From Cirrosporium novae-zelandiae (taxonomy: Eukaryota): a stretch of 20,000 nucleotides of DNA. The notes under the pieces were generated by a model that saw only the letters and a list, made by a program, of their open reading frames with translations, ran no database searches and was not told where the DNA came from. Shown piece after piece: positions 1 to 7,614 of this stretch (position 1 is the stretch's first letter; each line of letters starts with the position of its first letter). A program made the position numbers and the translations under genes. The stretch spans positions 244,686 through 264,685 of the forward strand of contig JAPETS010000038.1 of NCBI GenBank assembly GCA_026023565.1. Reading direction: 5' to 3'.

Positions 1-1247
1 ATACTTACCGGCTTGTTAATAAAACTTTCCACATAAATATGCTAGGAAAGTATCAAAACCGGTTTTTTTGCTCTCTTATCTGGGATACTTGCTGGTGATA
101 ATTTGCAGATCGACAAATGTTTGGCGTGCCACTTGATCAAATGCGGAGTACGCATACCTTTACTGAATGTCTGTCAAACACAACAAGCTGGAGCCTGGCG
201 ATATTTGGGAGTTGGTGTTGAGCTTCAGAAGCACGTCAAGGCACCAGAATCACATAGATACACATGATGTTATTTGCTTGTTCCGAGTCAGAGTACGGGT
301 TTCGGAAAAGTTTCTGGAAGAAAGGTAAGTCACTATAATGGTTCGCCGAAGTTAACCACAACCTCGAGGACAGATGTCGAGCACACGCCAGGAACCCGAT
401 GCGCATGAGTATGGAATTCTCATGCTGCCTCTTGGCATTGGTAGCTGGCGCAAATGAAAACAGAAGTTCGAAGTTGTTTTAGAAATGGGATCGATGAAGT
501 GGACAGCATTGCAGAACTTGTCGTCTTTTGAAAGATTTTGATCCTTCTTAACACGCCGTCCCATTCAGGCCTTAATACTCTCATGATGACCGCGCCTAGA
601 CTGAAGGCCGGTGGTACATGTTTCTGGAGTCCAGACTCTCATTTCAAACTAAAGATGGTGGCTGCATTACCGTTGAGAAGACGCGGGCGCCTGGCCCCTC
701 ATGCATATGATTCAAAAAGTCCTCGTGAAATCTAGAAACCGTTGTATGCCGCTTTTTAAGCCTGGGCATAAGGTCAGAAACCTGTTCTCCTTACATTCCC
801 GTGACATATCTTGGTGAGTCTCGTCTTTCCTGTAGACTATTTCGGGATTCTCCAGAATTTCGAATAGTCTAATTAGGAAATGGAATGCTACCCACCCCCA
901 ATCTGTGCAATCCTCAAACGACCTCTGGAGATCTAGTTTCTTGTCGAGCACACGAGCTCATATGAAATCTTGTAAGAAATATACGAAGGGTTTATTTTCT
1001 ATTTTGAACATATCAACTATAAAAAGGCATAAGCTTCCACTTGAAATCATCACCATCAACAGCATCTTCTCAGCGATCAATCAATCAGTCAATCAATCCA
1101 TTGAACACAAAAGGCCTCAAAGCGACCAAAGTATCTTCAGCTTCGAATTCTGTTTCATCATATCCATCAAGCTCCTTAGCTATCAATCCTAGCCAATCAG
1201 CACATCTTCCACTTCTCTAATATCTTCAAACAAACAACGTCATCAAA

Positions 1248-1683
1248 ATGCAATTCTCCATCATCGCCGTCATCGCCCTCGCTACCCAAGCCTTTGCTGG
1301 TAAGCCCTAGCCCCCACCTCCCTAATTAACACTCACACTAACACTCACTCACCCCCTTAGCCGCCATTCCCCCAACCACCTACAGCCTCTACATCCGGGA
1401 CCTCCTAACAACCACCAACACCAACGCCGCCACCGCCTGCAGCATCTGCACAACCGCCGCCCAATACAGTCTCGCAGTAAAAGACGCCATCGATACAAAG
1501 GAGGTCCTCAGCGACAACGCCAGCCAGGCCTTCGCGCTCCTGAACGTGTGCACTGAGGATCTGCTCAAGAATGAACCGTCCTGCCCCACACTTATGAGCG
1601 GAGTTTTTATGAAGATGTTTAGTGAGATGAAACAAGAGCATGATCCGGTGGCTATCTGTAAGGCTGTGAGCCTTTGTGGGTGA
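1248..1683 (+). CDS. Small secreted saposin-like (SAPLIP / saposin B-type fold) protein, 124 aa; exons 1248-1299 and 1361-1683
   Basis: ATG in a strong context (catcaaaATG). Exon 1 encodes the signal peptide MQFSIIAVIALATQAFA. The 61-nt intron has GTAAGC (1300), branch ACTAAC (1337-1342) and TTAG (1360). The spliced frame reads AAIPPTTYSLYIRDLLTTTNTNAATACSICTTAAQYSLAVKDAIDTKEVLSDNASQAFALLNVCTEDLLKNEPSCPTLMSGVFMKMFSEMKQEHDPVAICKAVSLCG*. The Cys pattern C-x2-C-x33-C-x10-C-x24-C-x5-C, with P-x2-IC-x4-LC at the end, is the saposin signature. Confidence 0.88.
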
Positions 1684-1729
1684 GTGGGTGTGTGGTGGGT
1701 GGTAGGATGGGACGGGATGGGAGAAATTA

Positions 1730-1820
1730 TGTGCTTTGCTTTGCTATTTTATGCTTTGCTTTGCTTTACTATGCTATGCATGGGGGTGGAGTTTTCTCGT
1801 TCAGTTTTTTTTTTTTTTCT
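1730..1820 (+). repeat. Degenerate (TGCTT)n pentanucleotide repeat plus poly-T downstream of the saposin-like gene
   Basis: gtgctttgctttgctattttatgctttgctttgctttactatgctatgc, followed by a T run at 1805-1818. Confidence 0.65.
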
Positions 1821-2040
1821 GTATTACTACAGCATGCATGGCCCGGCGATTTTTTGCTTAGTTATAGGGGACGGGAAAAAAAAGGAACGGGGGATGAGGG
1901 GCCATCACTCCAGGTCATCCAGAACTGAGATGGATGATTTATTCAGGTTTTTTTTATTTCCATCTTATTTTTATTTTTGATGTTTCTCTCGAACGAATTG
2001 AAACGATCAAAATGAATGAAATCCATTACCTGTACTTCCT

Positions 2041-2480
2041 TTCTCTCTCACTCACTCACTCACTCATACAAACTACAGAAATTCAAAATCACCCCCTGCC
2101 TACCTAACCATCTTAACCATCTTAACCAACCAATTTAACGAATAAAATCACCCCAAATCAACTCAAATTAATCCAAAACCAAATAAGATCAATTAATTGG
2201 ATGGCTTATCCGGTTTTCCTATTTCAATTCAGCTTTCCATCCCTAATTATTTCTATTTTGTTCTTTAGTCTAACTCGAAACGAAATTTTTTTTTTGGATA
2301 AATAAAATGAATGAAAACGTTTATTTATTTTTTTTTGTTTGTATTATTATTATTATTATTATTTAAGTAAAACTATAAATTAATAAGATAAGTGATAGAT
2401 AAACATGGGCATGGTTTTTTTTTTTTTTTTTCGTATGTTATTATATCCTATATCCTACTATATCCTACTATACCCCTAAC
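2041..2480. repeat. Cluster of microsatellites and low-complexity tracts in the convergent intergenic region
   Basis: (CTCA)5 at 2047-2066, TAACCATCT tandem near 2105-2130, (TAT)7 at 2342-2362, several poly-T runs, and TATCCTACTA tandem near 2445-2475. Confidence 0.8.
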
Positions 2481-2954
2481 ACCAGGCAATATCAAAGGTA
2501 TCAAACCCATCTCAAGTAGCGGTAGCGGATAGCGAATATGTATGTATCTCACGCCCCCCCCTCTTTTAGCTTAAATGGCTAGGTAAATAAATAAAAGTAT
2601 TTGTTGGGGCTTGATATCTAACACAATATCTAAGCATTTCAAAATGATTATTTTTTGTTTCGTTGCGTTCCGGTTCTTGTCCTGTCCTGTCCCTTTTTTT
2701 TTTTAATGATAATCCCCACGCCAACGCCGGGGTGACGGGTATAGATGGCTATGCATGCATGCATGTGTATTATGCATGTAAGTAAAGAGAAAAAAAGAAG
2801 GAGAAGGATTTTCTCCCTTCTCATCTCCCTTCCCATATCCCTCTCTCTCTTTTTCCACCCCTCTAACACCTCAATTCTTCCACCTACCACTGCACACACA
2901 TCAACCAAGCAGAGGTAAAAACAACAAATATCCAACACCCCATCCATACACCCC

Positions 2955-5435
2955 TCACAACCTCCTAAAAACATTCCCACTCGCACTCCTCCTATCCCCC
3001 CCACCCTCACCCCCCACCCACCTCGGCCGTTTCCTCCCCGTATCCCCCCCTTCTCCTCCCTCCCCATCACTCCGTCCCTTAGCCTTAGCCGCCAAAAACG
3101 TAATTTCCTGATCCCCAACAACAGCAGCAGCATGTCCCTGCCCCTGCCCCTGTTGTTGAAAAGATCTAGAATTCGATTTCGACTTCGAAATCCGGGATCC
3201 GAAGGTTTGGTTTGAGTTGTTGGTCCAGTGGAGATGTTTATTGTTGGTGTTGGTGTTGGTGGCGTTTTTGGAGGAGGAAGCGGAGATTTGCATTTTGAGG
3301 GGTCGAGATTGGGATTGGGATTGGGATTTGTTTTGGTGATTGGAGCGCTTGTAGGAGGTGCTTGAGATGCGGTTTTTGTTGTTAGTGTCGGGTTCTGAGT
3401 CTGAGGTGTGATTGCGGGCATTTCTTCTGCTTTGTTGCTGGTTTTGATGGTGTTGGCGGGTGCGACGGTCGTCTTCGCTGTCGGATTCGGATCCGGATTC
3501 GGAGGAGCTGGATCCGGAGACAGAGTCCAGTTCTTCTTGTTCCACGGCCGTGAGGCCGCGTTCCCTACGGGAGTGAGGATTGAGGTTTGTAGAGTTGTCC
3601 GCGGTAGCGGTGTTGGTGCTGGGGTTGAGTTGGCGGAACTCGTGGGAAGTTTCGTCGATGGCAAAGTTTTCGTCTTGGAAGAGCTTGGAGAATCGGGAGT
3701 CGGTGAGGAGGGTGCGTGGGCCGGTTTTTTCTTGGGTGGGTTGGTCATTTGCTTCGGCTTCGGCTTCGGGTGCTGGGGCTTCGACATCTGCTTGCAGAGC
3801 AGTTTCGGCATCCACCATGTCGTCGTCTCCGCCTTTCTTGAGGACCCTCCGTGCCCTCCTCCGCTCGTTCCTCTCCTCGCGCTCGAGGAGCCGCTCCGCT
3901 AGTCGTCTGTTGACCTTGGCCGTGACCTTCTTCCCGCCACGGATTCTGCTCTCCCTCTCGGCATCGATCTTGGCCTTTACCTTCTTCGCCCGCTCCTCTT
4001 CCCACGTGAATGGGTCGCTTATCAATCTCGCCTCCTCGTACAGTTTCTGTGCCACAAAGTATCCATGCATGTATGGACGCAGCAGCGACGTCGTTCCGAT
4101 AAGGTGGTCGAGGTTCAAGGACGCGAGCTGCGGTTTCGTCAAAAATTTGTAGTTGTCGTATACCGCGCCGGTGCCGCTAGTAGCAGAGTTTGCGCTGAAG
4201 GCATTAGGATCTGTAGGATCGTCCGCCATTTCTTCGACTAGGTTGTCGAGGAATGAACACCATTTCGGTGCGGGGCCGAGCTGCGGGATAAAAAATGCAT
4301 GTTGCTGGCGTCCCTCGTTGGCTGTAAGGAGCATGCCGCTGTCCGGATACCATGCCACGTCGTTGAGATCTACAGCGGGCTCGACGGCCGTCCAGGGTGC
4401 GCCATTGTGCTGAGACCATATTTTTATGATGCGTTTATCCGAGGAAAGGATTTTGGGGTCGTCGGGGGAGAATGTGGATGCGGAAGCGAATGTTGTGGAG
4501 GACGGCGTCAGAAATTTTAGCGTCTGGATTGGATAGCCATAGCCTTGATCCTTTTTTAGAAGAGGTTTCGGAGAACGGAGGTCATAGAGGTATATTAGAC
4601 CGGTTGAAGTGCCGGTTGCGATGGTGAGGCCGCCACGGTGGAATTGTAAAGCTGTGATTTCAGGTCGAGGAGTAGATTCAGATGAGACAAAAGATGATTG
4701 GGGGGTCTGCAGGATACCGGCGCGGTTCTTGGACCGTGGATCAAAGAATTCAACAGTCCCTAATGAGGTTCCAAAGGCATAGAGGTTATGCGATTCTTCT
4801 GCAATGGAGGCGACGTTCACGCTCCCTGTATTAATACCACCCTGTAGCGCACCTCCACCGAGTGAATTTAGATCATCCCCACCAACATCAACCTCATAGC
4901 TGCGCATATAGCGGCCCACTTCGAGATTGAGGCGAAAGACCTCGCCAGACCCATCTTCGTTGACACCGACAGAAGGAACAAGAGCTTCGGCGGAGCGTTT
5001 ATCATACTGCAAATCACGACCATAGCGAGGCAGCCGGGTCTTATAATGGCAAGCTCCAGAAGTATGAAATTCCAACGACCGATCGCTCTGAAGATGTATC
5101 GATTTCGTATAATCAGACGAAAGAAGCTGGAACTTTATATTGAGGACTTCAGTGTGTCTCGCGAACGAGAGAGACAGCTGGGGGAGATAGTGGGTGTGTA
5201 TTTGTGGCTTGTAGGTCCCGGTGCTCATGATCCAGTCGCCATCTTCGCTAATACGGATGCATTGAGAAGCTTCTTCGAATTCGAAATCCTGCAGCAGTTC
5301 CACCCTGTTTGCATACTCGGGATCGGCTTTCAAGCTTCGTTTTCGTTTTCTTGCTAGCCATTCGGGGAGTGGGCGAGCGGTGGAAGATCCTGAGATGGTG
5401 TAGACTGGTACACCAGAGTGGGTTGTGAGCTTCAT
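2955..5435 (-). CDS. ENP2: Ribosome biogenesis protein ENP2 / nucleolar protein 10 (WD40 N-terminus, NUC153 motif), about 826 aa, intronless
   Basis: ORF 2955..5522. The first ATG, at 5435, gives MKLTTHSGVPVYTISG. Family motifs present: LPEWLARKRKRSLK, RVELLQDFEFEEAS, STGTYKPQ, IPQLGPAPKWCSFLDNLVEEM, YDNYKFLT, LLRPYMHGYF and the NUC153-like DSRFSKLFQDENFAIDETSHEFRQLNP. Confidence 0.95.
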   Translation of the reverse strand: MKLTTHSGVPVYTISGSSTARPLPEWLARKRKRSLKADPEYANRVELLQDFEFEEASQCIRISEDGDWIMSTGTYKPQIHTHYLPQLSLSFARHTEVLNIKFQLLSSDYTKSIHLQSDRSLEFHTSGACHYKTRLPRYGRDLQYDKRSAEALVPSVGVNEDGSGEVFRLNLEVGRYMRSYEVDVGGDDLNSLGGGALQGGINTGSVNVASIAEESHNLYAFGTSLGTVEFFDPRSKNRAGILQTPQSSFVSSESTPRPEITALQFHRGGLTIATGTSTGLIYLYDLRSPKPLLKKDQGYGYPIQTLKFLTPSSTTFASASTFSPDDPKILSSDKRIIKIWSQHNGAPWTAVEPAVDLNDVAWYPDSGMLLTANEGRQQHAFFIPQLGPAPKWCSFLDNLVEEMADDPTDPNAFSANSATSGTGAVYDNYKFLTKPQLASLNLDHLIGTTSLLRPYMHGYFVAQKLYEEARLISDPFTWEEERAKKVKAKIDAERESRIRGGKKVTAKVNRRLAERLLEREERNERRRARRVLKKGGDDDMVDAETALQADVEAPAPEAEAEANDQPTQEKTGPRTLLTDSRFSKLFQDENFAIDETSHEFRQLNPSTNTATADNSTNLNPHSRRERGLTAVEQEELDSVSGSSSSESGSESDSEDDRRTRQHHQNQQQSRRNARNHTSDSEPDTNNKNRISSTSYKRSNHQNKSQSQSQSRPLKMQISASSSKNATNTNTNNKHLHWTNNSNQTFGSRISKSKSNSRSFQQQGQGQGHAAAVVGDQEITFLAAKAKGRSDGEGGEGGDTGRKRPRWVGGEGGGDRRSASGNVFRRL

Positions 5436-5769
5436 GGCGACGAGGAAATGGCCACTTCTTGGCCTACCGAACTTCCCCAAATATTTTATAGTGGAAATGT
5501 AAAATATACAAAACGAAAGCACAAGTCAGAAATCTGAAAAGTCAACAACTTTTTTTTTGCCAAGATTTTGTAGGTAAATTAAGCTTAACTCGTTTATCCG
5601 ATAGGGCTGACTCCCCTCCATCAATCAACATAAAAATAAAACTTGCTATTACTTTTACTACAGTTTACGATATTTACTTTTCATGATCCACAGGCCCATC
5701 CGGCCTTTCCATTTCTCAAACACCAGTTTCTCTAGGTCTATAACACTCGTTCGATCCAAAAGAAGAAGA
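5436..5769. promoter_or_regulatory. Short bidirectional promoter region shared by divergent ENP2 and MEU1
   Basis: Head-to-head starts only 334 bp apart (247 bp if the ATG at 5683 is used). AT-rich, with a poly-T tract near 5550-5558 and a GATA-containing near-palindrome TTATCCGATAG near 5595-5605. Confidence 0.6.
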
Positions 5770-6886
5770 ATGGCAGACCTCCCAACCACCTACGCTGGTG
5801 AGAGAATCCAGCAACCCCTCCCCCTCCCCCGCTTCCATCCATCACAGCCTCCAAAACTCATTCTCACCCACAATCCCCAGATCCGGTTCACATCGCCGTC
5901 ATCGGTGGCACAGGCCTGAAATCACTCCCCCATTTCACGCAAGTCGCAACCCTGAACCCCACAACCCCTTGGGGCGCCCCCTCCTCTCCAATTTCCATCC
6001 TGCACCACCCGTCACCAACAACCGGTGCCCCAATCCCCATCGCCTTCATCAGCAGACACGGCCTGCACCATGAACTGGCCCCGCATGAGATTCCCTCGCG
6101 CGCAAACATCTCCGCGCTTCGCTCCATAGGCGTGCGTACCATCATCGCCTTCTCCGCCGTCGGGAGCCTACAGGAGGAAATTAGACCTAGGGATTTCGTC
6201 GTCCCGGATCAAATTATCGATCGCACAAAGGGCGTGAGGCCATGGACGTTTTTTGAAAATGGCATGGTCGGACATGTCGGGTTTGCGGATCCGTTCGACG
6301 GGGCTCTGGCTAAGGTGGTGAGGACCTGCGGACACAGTCTGGAGGGTGATGGCGTCAAGCTGCACGATCAGGGCACACTAGTCTGCATGGGTAAGCAAGC
6401 TCCCAATCTACCGTACACCCATACACCCTTCACCTCAGATTACTCTTACCCAGAAATTCTAACCCCGCCCTCTCAAACTAAACAGAAGGCCCCCAATTCA
6501 GCACCCGCGCCGAATCAAACCTCTACCGCCAATGGGGCGGCTCCGTAATAAACATGTCCGCCCTGCCCGAAGCCAAACTCGCGCGCGAAGCTGAAATCGC
6601 CTACCAAATGATCTGCATGTCCACAGACTACGACTGCTGGCACGCCACCACCGAAGACGTAACCGTCGAAATGGTCATGGGACACATGAAGGCTAATGCG
6701 GATAATGCGAGAAGGTTTGTGGGCGCCGTTTTGGATGAGCTGAGTAAGGAAGAACATAAGGAGTTGGTATGCGCGAAGCATTTGGAGGGGCAGGCGAGGT
6801 TTGCGACGGGGATGACGGGGAGGGAGGGGAGGGGGGAGGAGACGGTGAAGAGGTTGAGGTACTTGTTTCCGGGGTATTATGACTAA
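5770..6886 (+). CDS. MEU1: S-methyl-5'-thioadenosine phosphorylase (MTAP, PNP/MTAP family), about 312 aa; exons 5770-5797, 5881-6390, 6486-6886; optional in-frame upstream ATG at 5683
   Basis: Introns GTGAGA (5798) to CCCAG (5880) and GTAAGC (6391), CTAAC, to AACAG (6485) join MADLPTTYA/DPVHIAVIGGTGL, TPWGAPSSPI, AFISRHG, PSRANISAL, SAVGSLQEEIRPRDFVVPDQIIDRTKG, CM/EGPQFSTRAESNLYR and INMSALPEAKLAREAEIAYQMICMSTDYDCW. These are characteristic MTAP motifs. Confidence 0.95.
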
Positions 6887-7614
6887 GGGGGTGGGTACGT
6901 TGTTGGGAAGGGGGGGGGCTGCAGCTGGGATGCTTCAACACCATCCCATCCAGTTAACTAGTATTATCAAACCAAATATCCTCAACGGCTTGGGGTTGGT
7001 TGTTCAAGTTTAACTTATAAGTAGATAGATGGATGATAAATAAATACGCGACCAATGAAATGAAGCAAAAAAAAGGGACGGGTGTGATATAGAAACAGGT
7101 TGATAGAATATGATTTCCTAGACCGGAAAAAAATAACAAAAAAAGAGATTATTTCCATCCAAATCTCACATCTACAGCATCCCTCCCCGCAAATCAAAGT
7201 CATATTAGAATATCAAATTCTATTGTTTACATGTTTTCGATATCTCCAACTAGGCTAGGCCGTTTTTCATTAAAAATAAAAATAAATAAGAGCATAAGAG
7301 CAAGGGGCCCTTTATTTACATGTTCCGGCACGTATAGTAGCTCTTTAAGAAGAATCATCATCCAAGAAAATAAATCCCGTCCCTTAGGGAATCCACCCAC
7401 ACACATACCGCCCTAGGCCTTGCCAGAGAAAAAACACTTCCCTCTAGAAGAAAAAATAATTGTGTGAATTTTTAGACCCTCACAATAAAATAAAACGTCC
7501 ATCGCTAGCACAGTTATGCATATCAGAAAATTCATAAACATACATCTTATCACATGTCATGTGCCCCCTCCCTTCCAAACCTTCTAGAGGGTATCATCAT
7601 CGTCATCATCAACA

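Noticed and set aside
1..170. ATACTTACC at the window start resembles the U1 snRNA 5' end (AUACUUACCUG)
   Set aside because: The next bases deviate (CCGG rather than CCTGG), and no U1 stem-loop motifs or well-placed Sm site follow. It reads equally well as a minus-strand GTAAGTAT splice donor or as chance.
1..1200. Short ORFs and isolated splice-donor-like hexamers (near 152 on the minus strand, near 325 on the plus strand)
   Set aside because: I could not assemble a coherent spliced reading frame or recognisable protein. An edge-truncated gene or UTR cannot be excluded.
2648..4152. Long overlapping ORFs (387 aa on minus; 164 and 190 aa on plus) over the ENP2 3' half
   Set aside because: Shadow frames of the low-complexity, skewed ENP2 tail; the translations are P/T/K or G/F/V low-complexity with no domain.
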